Source: Paragordius varius (lineage: Eukaryota > Animalia > Nematomorpha). Taken from it: a DNA stretch of 64,000 nucleotides. Under the pieces are notes generated by a model that saw only the letters and a program-made list of their open reading frames with translations, was not told the origin of the DNA and made no database searches. The position numbers were made by a program, and so were the translations under genes. Positions 50,807 to 64,000 of this stretch are shown here, piece after piece (position 1 is the stretch's first letter; every line of letters starts with the position of its first letter). Location of the stretch: contig OZ176053.1 in the NCBI GenBank assembly GCA_964247055.1, forward strand, positions 9,796,001-9,860,000, in the 5' to 3' direction.

Positions 50807-53800
50807 TTATGGTTTATAATGGTGATTAAAAAATGTTATCATTCTTTGTGCGGCTGTCTTAACCATTTCTGAGGGGAGAATCAGTGATAAACGCAAATAA
50901 TTCTTGATCCCAAACATCTATAAAATATCAAGTAAAAATTTGAAATTATAAAGACTGAACGTTACAACCAAAAAACAAATATTTATTTTTCAAAAGACAA
51001 ACATACTTTTTTAAACTTAATTTTACCTATATAAACTATTGAATAACAATTATAAAACTAACTGATTGTGTTGCCAACATACATTATATCATACTTGGCA
51101 GTTCAAAACAAGCTAAAAATTAAATTAAAAAAAACAGCAGCTTTTATGCTATTTGTCTTATGTTTTTACATTTTGTTGGCATAATTTTTATTGTAAGTAT
51201 CACGTTTAATTATGTGCTCTAAAAGTTAGATAATATTAATTAATATTTTTATATTCATAATTTTATTAACTAAAACAAATGTAAAAAGTTTTCTTCTAAT
51301 TTTGAAGGCTAATTTTATCCAAAAAAAAGAAAATAAAATAAATATCCATAAATTACGCTTGATGGAAAAGGGAAAACAGCTTCCTCTCGTATTAAAGATT
51401 CAACCAATTCAACTTCACTCGTGTACTCAGGAAAATGTTCAATGTCTATTCTTATCTAAACAATTTGGATAAAACGTTACAAAATTACATTATATTGTTT
51501 GTGCATCAATATTTACAAGCAATGATAGCGTTTTGTCGAAACAAAATAAGAACTTATTTGAAACACAATGGAAATTATTAATTTTTCAAATTGATCACTA
51601 AAATACATTAACTTATCTTGTTTTTACCCTATTAAATTTTAAAAAGTAATATAGTGATAAAATTAGTAAAATTTTACCATCATAAACATTGAACCCTTCG
51701 GCATGATTGGATAAATTCCGGGAATGGTGTTTAACATAGTCGTCAATGTATTTGCATTTTCCTAATATTATATGATAAATAAAAAAAATTACATAAAGAT
51801 TAGAGATTTTTAATTTGATTAATTTTCAAAAAAACAAAATTTACATAGGCAAGTGAAACAGCTTTCGTGAAGTAGGATTCCGGCGTTTTGGATAAAATTT
51901 CAGGGAGTGCAGCTTGTATGAGGGAATTTACTCCAAAACTAGTTTGACAAAATTTGTTGATACCTTCTCTAACCTATTTGAAAATATTGTATATAATAAT
52001 TATAATGAAAATTTCAAAAATAATTTGTTGATTTTAGCAAAGTTATAACAATTTAACTCTCTTGCAGCAATAAAACAATTTACAAATGAGAAGACCTCCT
52101 TGAGCCTCCAATTATGAAATTGTAAATTTTTTAAGTTCTTTATTTAAATATTAAATCTATATATTTATAAAAATGGAAAATGCTGGCTTTGTGATCTGGT
52201 ACAGGAAAACCGGTAGACCCATTCAAATGCAAACTTCGAAAAAATATAATCATTAATGAATGCCCCGACAATAGCTTCGCCCTTTTTTTGAAATAGGCCC
52301 CCAGTTCGGGCCCACCCCGTGTAAAAAACGGTTTTTTTTGAAAACAGAAGTCCACAAAAATCGTGTCTTTGAGACAATTTTCTGGAGAACGTGTTGGACC
52401 ATTCTATTTCAAATGTGATTTTTGTTTACTTATTTTCGATTGCGCCGAACATAGTCGAGTCACTTTTTGATTTAGGCCCTCTTTTTATCCGCTACCCCCG
52501 TAAAATGCCATTTTTTTCAAAAAACAAAGTCCACAAAAATAATTTTTTAAATCTATTGTTTGCCCTAGGAATGAGACCGTAAAAATTCAATATGGATTCC
52601 ACGTATTCCCTATTAAAAGACAAAAATTTTAGTCAGGCGTTTCTTTGATGATAGCTGCTGGTAAGAAGCTCCGCTAAAAACTGATTTCTCATGTAACTTT
52701 GTGATCTGTTTCCGGAAAACCGGTGAACCCAATCAAATCCAAATATCGAAAAAATATAATCATTAATGAATGCCCCGACAATAGCTTCGCCCTTTTTTGG
52801 AATTAGATCCCCAGTTTGGGCCTACCCCGTGTGAAAAATGGGTTAAGTCAATTTTTTGGAGAACGTGTTGGACTATTCAATTTCAAATATGATTTTTGTT
52901 TACTTATTTTTGATCGCGCTGAACATAGTCGACTCACTTTTTTGATTTAGGCCCTCTTTTCACCCGCTCCCCCCGTAAAATGCCATTACCCCCCCCCCCC
53001 CCCCCCCAGAAGTCCGAAGGACTTCCTCGGGCGCAGCCCGAGATTTACGCTAGTATTTATATAAATATCCAAAAAATCGCAGGCATGCCAATATACTTAA
53101 TAAGTAAATTAATTAAAATCCCTTGCCTTTAGACCAACTGAAATTTAAAAAGTATCATTATAACTTAAAATGTAATGAAATTTACCCAAAATACTTTAAT
53201 ACCGTTAAAAAGACTGTCATACTGGAGAGAAAATTCACTCGATATTTTTAACAATAAAATTAATACATTAACACCAATTAATGTCAATAAAATCGGTTTA
53301 GCATTTGGATACAACACATTCATTTCAATCATCCGATTAGAATTAAGGTCTCTGGAGACCCCAGGCCTGGTTAAAATCAAATATTTCAAGGAACAAATTA
53401 AACCATTGCAAAAATTGGCACTTATATAACATTTACTTATTTTATGGATAAACATCAAGGTAAAATTTTAGTCAACATGACATGTGTGCATTAGTTAAAT
53501 ATAAAATTAATGCAAAATAAACCACCGTTTCTGTTTATATGAATGTTGAATGTATTTTAGATTTTAAATTAGCTTTAATTTAAGCCTAGAATTAAGTAAA
53601 CACGAACGATATTTTGCGAAATGTTGTAAGATAAAAATGACGTCAAAGTAGTTTGACATGGAAATTATTTGGATATTTTGGCTTATTCTATAATTTATAG
53701 AAGCCGTTTCTTTCAGTTATTTTATAAAAATATTAATTAAAATATAGTCTGGGTCGCTAGATACCCGAATTTGAATCAAAGTGTTAAACCATTGAAACCT

Positions 53801-56122
53801 TGGACTTTATCGTTTGTTTAAATATTATTGTTTTAAATTAATTTTTATCTTTTAATTTTATTTCTATAGAATAGCTTTATCTTCATTTTTTTTTAATAAA
53901 AATAAACCTCGGTCAAAACATGCATAGGATCATAAACAGCAACCCAACCGATTCGCCAACCGGGAACAATATACCTATATAATATATACCTTATATTCAT
54001 AATTAAATAAAAAAATAATTTTCATAAATTAACTGATTAATTACCGTTTACTTAAAGAACTGCAAATCAAAATGGGAACAGTTTGCGTAAGTTCCGCTAA
54101 GGAAATAAACTTTTCTCCCGGAAATACCTAATAAACAATTTAAAACTCTTATTAAAATTTTAGTGTAAAAGTAAAGGTTAAAATAAGACAAAAGATAAAA
54201 AATAAAGGATTAATATTTTTTTAAAAGAAAACCATAATTTTTGATCCTTGATTTTTCTTATGACCTATTTATAATTGATAAAAATTGTACATCTGTATTT
54301 CGCAACCCAAAACGATAAATCACATTTAAAAACATCAAGGTTGGGTATCATATATGTTTTTTACTATTTATTTTAGTTCATATAATTTCAATTTTTACTG
54401 GAAATATTAGAATGTATGCTTACAAAGTGAGCATAAACTTCATCCGCCACAATAGGAATGTTATGGCGAGAAGCAACTATTAAGATATCTTGCAAATGTT
54501 TTCGCGAATAAACGCTTCCACAAGGATTTGAAGGATCATTAATAACTATAGCCTTCGTATTTTCGTTAATCAATGATTCCAAATGGTTTAAATCGATTTC
54601 CCAATTCTTATGTGGCTAATATATTTTTAATATAAAAAATATTCTTTATTTGGCATATTAATCGAAGTGGGCTTTAAATCAAAAGTTTTGCAAGATTTAA
54701 ATACTTGTAAATTGTAATCAAAAAAATTGATTCCATTCATTTGAGCAAATGTTTTATAGATTGGGAAGCAAGGTTTGGGCACTAATATATTGTCACCCGG
54801 ATTAGCAAGGGCTTCAATGCTCCATAAAAGTGCTTGAGTACAACCAGTTGTCAAAAATATGTCCTAAAATAAAAATAGTAATAGAGTTAACCAAATATGA
54901 GTCAAATTTATTATCACTCCTATATTATACCAGGCGTAATTATAAGTTTTTCCCGTTTTTTAATTAAAAAATGTAATTTTGAAAGGAAGTAAATTATTTA
55001 TTTTGATCATAATCTTGTTATCCGGCTTCTACACATTTCGCCCATCTCAGAAAATATAGGAATGCTGTGGCAGAAAAACTGATTTTTAAGCTGAAAACCA
55101 CACGTCAAGCCATTTTCCAACGTCTTCAAATTTTTGAAAAGCTGCTCTCCGAGAATGTGTCTCATTGAATCGAGGTTTAAGCAGATGGCGCCAGGCTAGA
55201 AAAATTCAGCGTGCAAAATAATTTCCCATCGAAGCGTTTCAAGGTGTCTTTCACTGGTTTTGCTGTGTAAGAGGGAGCATATGTCATATAGAAAAATCCC
55301 TTTGCCGTGTATTCTGACCCATTCCGGTCATTTTAAACGAATGCATGGTCTACATTAATAAATTGTTAGCGATAGCGTTGTTATAAACGATCAAGCGTCA
55401 AAAGTCATAATTTGCAACATCGTTCTGGCCCCAGAATTCACAGAGCATGGTCTTCCTACCGACGCAATTCTGCCTTGTTATGGATGGAGCGGCTTGGCAA
55501 GGTGAAAGTCACGAGAGCTTTTAATCCAAATATAGCCACTTCTATCACCTGTCTCAATTTGATGCACAAATGTTATCGTGACGTTGAAGCAGGATTTTAC
55601 AAATCACTGCGCCCTATTTTGACGTTCATTCAAATTGTTGGGGACCAATTTACCGAGTTTAGTAGTCTTTCCGATTGCTCGTAGACATGTATAGATGTTT
55701 TTGTGATATAAGTAATGCTTTTGCCAATTCTTATTAAGTGTGAGTTGGGCATCATACTCTTAACATCTTCGCACTTGTGTAATCTATCAGAGCGCTTTCA
55801 CTCTTTCCTATGAAATCACAACTTTTAACGTTTGGAAACTATGTTTTACATTTGTTAATCAATAGAGTTCACCATAAGTTTCTGCCAGCAAACGATAACT
55901 TTCAAACGACTATTTTTTTCTGATGGCAATGCGTGCCACAAATATTCCTTTTCAACACAAAATTTGACATTATTCTTGAATGATTAATATAGGACCAAAG
56001 TTTTTGGCAAACTTAGCTTGTGTGTCTTCGTTTAATGTCAGATGAACAAAATGGAGTCTGTGTCAAATTAATGGCCATCTACTCTCATGTCTTCTCAAAG
56101 TTAAACTAAAAAACTATGGATA

Positions 56123-56162
<40 letters not shown>

Positions 56163-59100
56163 TCCTGGAGTGGTTTTATTATAAAACTATAATCCTAAAT
56201 ACTTACATTATGGCTAACTGATATACCCTGAGACGCATAATGATCTGACAAAGCGATTCTAGCACTCTCAAGCCCTAAAAAAATAATATATACCATTTAC
56301 AGTTCAAATTCACCCTTGAACAATTCAAATTCACCCTCGAACAATTCAAATTCACCCTTGAACAATTCAAATTCACCTTCGAACAATTCAAATTCACCCT
56401 AAAAATAAATTATATGTTTTCGAACTAATATAATTCATTATTTATATGAAATATATGTTTATGGTATAGTTTATTATTTTTTCAGTATTATTTTGATTTA
56501 AAACAAAACTTTTATTTTTGAAAAATATATAAAATATAGATAATTTTTAATCTTAAAAAACATATATTTTATTTGAGGGTGAATTTAAATTGTTCGAGGG
56601 TGAATTTGAATTGTTCAAGAGTTTTGAATTGTTTAAGGGTGAAATTGAACTGTAAATGGTATATATCATATTTATGCGCTAAAAAACTAAACTAATTTGG
56701 ATTTTTCAGGGTTAGGTGTGATCGGTTTGGATGCATTCATGATGACCACTGGGACCGGAAATAACCAGATACAAAATTAAACTATACCATTAATTCAAAT
56801 TCACCCTTGAACAATTTAAATTCACCCTAAAAATAAATTATGTATTTTCGGGCTAATATAACTCATTATTAATAAGAAATATATTCTTATGGTTTAGTTT
56901 ATTATTTTTCATAATTAAATTATTTTAAACTAAATTTCATTTTTAAAAAATATAAATAATATAGGTAATTTTTACTCTTAAAAAACATAATTTACAAGGG
57001 TGAATTTGAACTGTAAATGGTTAGGTATAAATTTGTATTTATAATTTTTTTAAATTATAATAATGACTGCATGTGTAAGCGGTCCGACCGGTTTTTATTT
57101 TTTAATTGGTCAAAACAACTCTAGAATTTGTATAAAACTAAATAAACGTTGTGAACTAGCAGGGGCGTACCGAGGGGGGGGGGGGGGGCAAGGGGGTGCA
57201 TCATGCCCCGGACGCCGTTATTTAGGGGCGCCTAAATGATTTTTTAAAATTAAATTTTAATTATGCAAAAATAATAAGAACTTTAAAATGAGATTTTTCA
57301 GCATTTTAGGTAATAATGCCTAAATACATACTCTATTATTCACCTAATTAGTACCATAAAACGAGAATGACTTAACATTGTTGAGAGTGGAAAAAGAAAT
57401 ATGATAGATTTTAATGATATAATTGATAATTTTGCAATATCAAAAGCCAGAAAAATTTTTACATAAAAGATATTTTCTCTTAGTTGCTTTTTTCCTTTGC
57501 AAGTGATAAAATCTTCATATAATTAATATTTTATTAAATAAATTGCATTATAATTCTGTTAAAATTGCATTGTAAAATTCGCTAAGATTTACAATTATTT
57601 TTTATTGTTCGCCATTATCATAAGATCAATTCAATATATGCAACAAAAACCTTATTTTTATATATAACTAGCGTGAATCTCGTGCTGCTACGCAGCCCGA
57701 GGAAGTCCTTCGGACTTCTGGGGGGGGGGGGTTCAAAGTTTGGATTTAAATGGGTCTACCGGTTTTCCTGTACCAGATCACAAAGCCAGCATTTTCCATT
57801 TTTATAAATATATAGATGAGGATGATAGATACTCCTTACTCAGCATCTATCATCAAAGAAACGCTTGACTAAAATTTTTGCCTTTTAACAGGCAATACGA
57901 AAAATCTTTCTCGAATTTTTACAGTCTCATACCGTGGACAAAAAAATACAATCAAAAAAATATTTTTGTGGACTTTGTTTTTTGAAAAAGGTGGCATTTC
58001 ACGGGGGGAGCGGGTAAAAAGAGGGCCTAAATCAAAAAAGTGGCTCGACTATGTTCGGCGCAATCGAAAATAAGTAAACAAAAATTATATTTGAAATTGA
58101 ATGGTCCAACACGTTCTCCGGAAAATACTCTCAAAAACACGATTTTGTGGACTTCTGTTTTCAAAAAAAACCCGTTTTTCATACGGGGTGGGCCCGAACT
58201 GTGGGCCTATTTCAAAAAAAGGGCGAAGCTATTGTCGGGGCATTCATTAATGATTATATTTTTTCGATATTTGGATTTGATTGGGATCACCGGTTTTCCG
58301 GAAACAGTTCACAAAGTTATATGAAAAATCAGTTTTTAGCGGGTAGCTCCTTACCCAGCAGCTATCATCAAATAAACGGTGGACTAAAATTTTTGCCTTT
58401 TAACAGGGAATACGTGGAATCTTTATTGAATTTTTACGGTCTCATACCTAGGGCGAAAAATCGATTTAAAAAATTATTTTTGTGGACTTTGTTTTTTGAA
58501 AAAGGTGGCATTTCACGGGGGGAGCGGGTAAAAAGAGGGCCTAAATCAAAAAAGTGGCTCGACTATGTTCGGCGCAATCGAAAATAAGTAAACAAAAATT
58601 ATATTTGAAATTGAATGGTCCAACACGTTATCCGGAAAATTGTCTCAAAAATACGATTTTGTGGACTTCTGTTTTCAAAAAAAACCCGTTTTTCATACGG
58701 GGTGGGCCCGAACTGGGGGCCTATTTCAAAAAAAGGGCGAAGCTATTGTCGGGACATTTATTAATGATTATATTTTTTCGATATTTGGATTTGATTGGGT
58801 CTACCGGTTTTCCTGTACCAGATCACAAAGCCAGCATTTTCCATTTTTATAAATATATAGATTTCCATATTATGGAATTCATTAGAATACTTATGTATTT
58901 AAAAATGAATAAATTTAGTATCATATAAATATATATATTTAATAGATTTAAAATTTATATGACTGTGTTGTCTTATCTATGGTGTTTAGGATGCAACGTT
59001 TATATTTTTTTTACTCAATTGTTTTATTGGCTTTTAAAAAAAAGGGGGGGGGGGGGGGGGGGCATAAAAGTTTTATGCCCCGGGCGCCAATGCTCGGTAC

Positions 59101-62100
59101 GCCACTGAGAGCCCACATTTTCCTTTGAAAGAGTCATTTTATTTATCATAACAACGAAAAAGTAATTTTAATTTAATATCAAACCGTTAAAAATCTTAAT
59201 ATACTGAAATTACAAGCTATCTATTTGAACAAAAAATGTATTGATATCTACTTTTGATTTACAGTATCAAATAGGGCAACTCTTGTAATTTAATTTACAC
59301 CTAAGTAGTTTTTGCCAGGCTATTTAATAATGTAATAGATTATCCACCTTTATAAATTTGTATCGATCAACTTACCCGAAGAACATAGATAGGAATTATG
59401 ATTATTTTCTTGTATGACTTTAATGAGGGCGGTTTTCATTACTTCATGAGCTGGGAAAAGGTCATATAACGATGGATCTCCTAATTATAAAGCATTCAAA
59501 GCATTTATAAAATATTTCTAACAAATTAACTGAAAATATATTTAATATATTAATGGATATTGCTGTTTCACAAATATATTTTTTTGTCGTTACACTTATC
59601 AGAGACGTATAAAAGTTGATATCACTAAAACTTTTTTTCAAATAACGCTTCACATATAAAGTGCGATAACCGACCCCAAGTTTGCTTATATTCAAGTAGG
59701 TAAAATGAAACTGACATTATAATTAGGAAAATTTCGTACAAACCAAAATGAGTAGATAAAAGTTTTCATTGTAGGAATAGTGTTTATTATAGCCACGACC
59801 ATCCTTTATGCAAAACATATTATTTTTAAATTTTATTTTTTCAATTAATATTTTAAAATACCGTTATCAACTATCACATTATTGATATATTATTTCGTCT
59901 CAAGCGCCATTAACGATAATCCAAATTATTCTTAAAAAAGCTACATATTTTTACCTACATTGGGGAAATATTGGTTTTGTATTAAATACAGACAGAATAG
60001 AAGCAGCTATCTTTTAAAATAAAAATTGGTTTTCTAAATTTTGACATAGTTCATGTTTTTGTTTTGAAATTGAATGATACTATTTTGCAAATAAAACATA
60101 TATCATTTACCTTGTGCTAAAGATATTAATGGTTTTCCTGGTGTTGTTTCAACTTTGAGATTTTCCAAAACTATTCGGATAGGATTAATACAATCTCTAG
60201 CTCTTCTGGAACTTGGTATCTATAAAGTTAAAATTAAAAACCACATCTTAATGATTAAAACAAACAAATAAATAATATATCTGTGTAAACCCTATATGAT
60301 ATTAAAACACTTAAGAGTTATTATACAAAATGAGAAAGATAGGTTTCACCTGTTTATTTTTATAAATTTACAGTTTAATATATATTTTTATTTTAATTTA
60401 AATAAAAATTAATAATTTCAATTATTAAATGCTGTTTGCATCAGATCATTCCAAAGAAAATTATTAATTTGTCCTTTCTTGTTAATACTAAATTGTTTAT
60501 ATTCATTCCCAAAAAGTTAAAGAATGCGTGCTTATTAACTTTCAAATTAATTATGCAGTCATCTGGTCGAAACAATGAGTTGCCATTCAGCTTTTTAATG
60601 CCTGATGCTACGAAAAGCGCATTCGCATAGCAAACGGTTATAATATAAAAATGCTGTAAGTCTTACGTAATATTGTTTCAAAGTTTTTTTTTATCGGGTT
60701 GGAATATTATATATTGGGGCTAACTTAAAGAGCACGTAAACATATTCGGCATCACAAGGGAAAAATGACTATTAATAAATTCATGTACTCTCACTACCAA
60801 AAAATTTGAAAATATTTTGGGAATTTGACTTTATTGGAGAAAGCCAAATTTTGCATTGGATGGAATGCAAAAAAGTGGCTAAATAATGCTGTACTCATAC
60901 ATAAACATTAATTAGTTCTAGATTTGAATGGACCTTCCTGCTTTTCGGACAATTACAGTAAAGCACGACTCTCGAACCTCTATTTTTACACGTCGTTGAG
61001 CTGAACTCAGGGTTTAATATGGCTCAAATATTCTCAGCGCATTTATCTATTATTTATAAAAATGGAGAATGGTGACTTTGTGATTTTCCGGAAACCCAGT
61101 AGACCCATTCAAATCCAATTAATATAATGATTAATGAATCCCCCGACAATAGCTTCGCCCTTTTTTTGAATTAGGCCCCCAGTTCGGGCCCACCCCGTCG
61201 AAAAAACGGTTTTTTTGAAAAAAGAAGTCCACAAAAATGGTGTTTTTGAGACAATTTTCCGGAGAACGTGTTGGACCATTCAATTTCAAATATGATTTTT
61301 GTTTACTTATTTTCCATTGCGCCTAACATAGTCGGCTCACTTTTTGATTTAGGCCCTCTTTTTACCCGCTCCCCCCGTAAATTGCCACTTTTTCAAAAAA
61401 ATTAGGCCTACAAAAATAATTTTTTGAATCTATTTTTCGCCCAAGGTATGAGACCGTAAAAATTCAATAAGGATTCCAGGTATTCCCCGTTAAAAGGCAA
61501 AAAATTTAGTCGTGCGTTTTTTATATTGGCCGCTGGGTAAGGAAATTTCTACTAAAAACTGACCCGTCATATCGAAATTGCGTGCCTTTGGGGCTGAATT
61601 TCAGAAAACCTATCAGGCCATATGAGTTCAATAGGTGCTTAAAATATTACCCGTAACAAGGCAAAAATTTAGGTCACGCGATTTTTATAAAATTAGGCGT
61701 TAATAAGGCCCTTTACGCCCTGAAAAATGCGCCACCATAAAATGATTTTTTAGTTTTGAGGCATTTTTTCCAAAAACTAATGATAGCATATGGAATCAAT
61801 CATGATTCCAGGTATGCCCATATAATGGCAAACAAAACGCCTTATATTGGCCTCTGGGTAGGGGGCTACCCACGTAAAAATGCGTCAATATATCGATACA
61901 GCATGCCTTTGGAGCCAAATTTCAGAAAACCTATGAGACTATGTAACTTCAATAAGGGCCTAAAAATTTATTACCCCTTACAAATATTTTAGTATAGGGG
62001 GTTATTTCAATGAGTCGCTAAGAAAATTTTTACGCCCTGAAAAATTAGCCGCCATAAAACAATTTTTTAGTTTTGAAGCAATATTTCCAATAGCTTATAA

Positions 62101-62788
62101 GAACATATGGACATCATAATTCCAGATATTCCCCATATTATAAAAATTTTGCCCGACGCTTTTTTATACCTGCCTCTGCGCCAAAAACTACGCCACTATA
62201 TAGAAATTGCGTTAACTTATGCCATTTGAGCTCATTTAAAGTTCGAATTACTACCCGTCACTAGGTAAAAATTAAGGTCAGGCCTTTTTTTATTAGCCGT
62301 TATGGGGCCATTATGCCCTAAAAATACGTCATCCTATAACGATTATTTAATGTTGAGGTATTTTTTCTAATAACCCATGAGACGATGGTCTCAAAGATGA
62401 TTCCAAATATTTTCCCTATAAAGGCAAAAAATTTAACTTAGCGCTTTTTCCATATAGGCCTATGGGTAGGGGTCTACCGGTTTAAAACTGAGACACCATA
62501 CAAAAATGACGTGGCTTTGGAGCTAAATTTCAAAAAACCTAAGAAGCCATACGAGTTTGATAAAGGCTTTAAATATTACCCAAAAAAGGTAAAAATTATA
62601 GTACATATTTAGTACAAAAGTCAATAAATATGAATGAAAATGTATTTATTTACCTTTTTGACAATGCCGTTAGATAGCATAGTTTTCGGATCATCATTAT
62701 TGGAACATTTAATGTTATCTAGAAATTTTTCTTTAGAATCGGGTTTATTTTCTTGCGATATTGGATAATAGCCATTTTTTATGGACAT
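50807..62788 (-). CDS. TAT: Tyrosine aminotransferase (PLP-dependent class I), spliced, ~484 aa
   Basis: Exons in transcript order: 62788-62654 (putative ATG exon), 60653-60540 (uncertain), 60219-60111, 59480-59376, 56274-56207, 54863-54705, 54615-54424, 54127-54045, 53974-53908, 51973-51845, 51761-51678, 51455-51357 and 50917-50807 (TAA); phases all consistent. Motifs: [60 protein letters not shown] (PLP Lys), PKGSMFMM and YLRL. Confidence 0.92.
52156..53053 (+). mobile_element. Non-autonomous Helitron, complete 898 bp copy in a TAT intron
   Basis: A|TCTATATATTTATAAAAATGG at 52156; two cores; C19 tract; GAAGTCC-GAA-GGACTTC, CTCGGGC-GCA-GCCCGAG, then ATTTACGCTAG|T at 53053. Confidence 0.92.
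55007..56026 (-). mobile_element. Degraded mariner relic, related to the 3.5-4.4 kb copy, in a TAT intron
   Basis: Collinear similarity to the first relic, e.g. cgcccatctcagaaaatataggaatg versus cgcccatctctcaggtaatataggaatg, gacgttgaagcaggattt in both, and tttttggcaaacttagcttg versus tttttggcgaacataacttg. No intact ORF. Confidence 0.8.
56291..56661. mobile_element. MITE with 25 bp TIR, 21 bp subterminal repeats and TA flanks
   Basis: TACCATTTACAGTTCAAATTCACCC ... GGGTGAAATTGAACTGTAAATGGTA; ttcaaattcacccttgaacaa is repeated about 5x on the left and about 4x inverted on the right. Confidence 0.85.
56785..57021. mobile_element. Second, shorter copy of the same MITE
   Basis: taccattaattcaaattcacccttgaacaa ... 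gggtgaatttgaactgtaaatggt; the internal AT-rich part resembles 56400..56570. Confidence 0.75.
57160..59107 (+). mobile_element. Internally deleted hAT (Tip100-like) element with a nested Helitron
   Basis: TIR CAGGGGCGTACCGAG (57160) / CTCGGTACGCCACTG (59093..59107), 14/15 match. Remnant [36 protein letters not shown] at ~57344..57466 resembles the hAT C-terminal dimerisation region. No matching 8 bp TSD. Confidence 0.7.
57668..58861 (-). mobile_element. Non-autonomous Helitron, 1194 bp, two 5'-end motifs
   Basis: CTAG|T at 57668 with the canonical twin hairpin and G12; A|TC at 58861; internal 5' motif at 57816. Confidence 0.9.
61046..62600 (+). mobile_element. Old diverged Helitron-family copy followed by ~290-320 bp degenerate tandem repeats; 3' end not found
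   Basis: A|TCTATTATTTATAAAAATGGAGAATG at 61046, one diverged core to ~61560, then the anchor ctttggRgc..aatttcagaaaacct at 61586, 61907, ~62223 and 62515. Lies in TAT intron 1. Confidence 0.7.
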
Positions 62789-64000
62789 AATATCAACCAG
62801 GGAGTTTTAACTATATATCAATAATTAAAAATGTTATATATGATTGGAATCGGGAAATAAACAATATTGTTCATATTGCAATTTTGCATCATGAATAATA
62901 GACACACCCTGTCTCATTTGTTAAAAAACCGATAATTTTATGAGAATAAAGTATATAAGAGAAAAATAACCTGAATATAATTATTAGTTTAATTCTTCGG
63001 TATTAGCAATGTTTTTATGAAATTAAAGAAAAATGAAAAAATGAAAATATAATACAGTAGCTTATATGGTTTTGGCAAGATGTAAGATTTGCTAATGCTT
63101 TAAACTCTTTAAACACATGATTTATAAGTAGCACACTACCGTAAATATGATATGTCGTTGTTTACTTTTTTGAAACACACATTTGATGTCCAACTTTAAT
63201 AATTGTTTATAAACAACAGAAGGAGTTATTTTGTTTAATTTTTTATATACACAAACGAGGAGAAAGTTTTGAGTTGGATTGATTGATCGATTTCAATACA
63301 CAATACACAGATGTTAGTTTAGCAATTCCAATAAAAAGATTAAATTTTATCGATTAACATATAGTAAAAAACTTTTGTAAGGGCAATCACCTTTAAATCA
63401 TGCATTCTGAACCCATATTAGCGTTTATTTATAATTATTGGAGTGTTGTTTTTTAGTATTAATAAAAATTACCCAATTTTTAAAAATCAAATAGAATTTT
63501 TTTACATTACCTAAAAAACTCTTAATCGAAATTCTAACGAGTATCCCGTACCATACCTAAAACCTTGCAATCTCCGCCCACAGTTATAAATATATCACAA
63601 GATGCACTTAGAAAAGTGCACAAACACAATTTTTAATACCTGATAATTCACTATCTTATCTTATCGATTGATTTAAAGTGTATTTGTTTTAATTCAAGAT
63701 AAACTTATGTCGTTTGTGATAGGATTATTTTGGGAAATTAGAAAGAATTTGATACCGTGATTCAATTTACGATGTTGTATAACTCACAAATTTGAGCGTG
63801 TAATAATGATCGAAATTACGTGTAAATTATTTAAAAGATAATTTAAAGCAAACAACCTGGATATGTTGTATAAAATAAAAGGATTACCCAAAAGTGAATT
63901 TGTAGTTAGACCACGCTCAGAACTGAGAATTTTGGGAATCAAAGGACGTAACTACTCTAAAATCAGTAATAGTTTGCTTAGTATAACAGTATGGGTAAAT

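Noticed and set aside
53165-53458. Overlapping 97 aa (-) and 84 aa (+) ORFs in a TAT intron
   Set aside because: They do not match TAT and are not needed for its exon chain. No recognisable domain; a nearby KIPC is insufficient to call a GIY-YIG relic.

Overview
AT-rich animal (probably protostome) genomic DNA with GT-AG introns. It has no prokaryotic features, CRISPR array or rRNA. I reconstructed three spliced genes by hand. (1) A PLEKHA5/6/7 (kramer)-like PH and coiled-coil scaffold gene on + (31601..42508; 5' end unresolved). (2) A compact DH31 (calcitonin-family) neuropeptide precursor on + (48024..50382), absent from the ORF track. (3) A complete tyrosine aminotransferase gene on - (50807..62788), convergent with the neuropeptide gene. 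Much of the rest is mobile DNA. One non-autonomous Helitron family occurs six times; two copies have grown into 3.4 kb and 11.8 kb satellite-like arrays with a 1058 bp (580+478) higher-order unit that repeats the Helitron 5' end but not the 3' end. Also present are a near-intact RTE LINE, two mariner relics, a deleted hAT element hosting a Helitron, a TA-targeting MITE family and a degraded ~880 bp foldback. Coordinates were counted by hand. Family assignments come from remembered motifs, not database searches, and the organism cannot be identified from this window.
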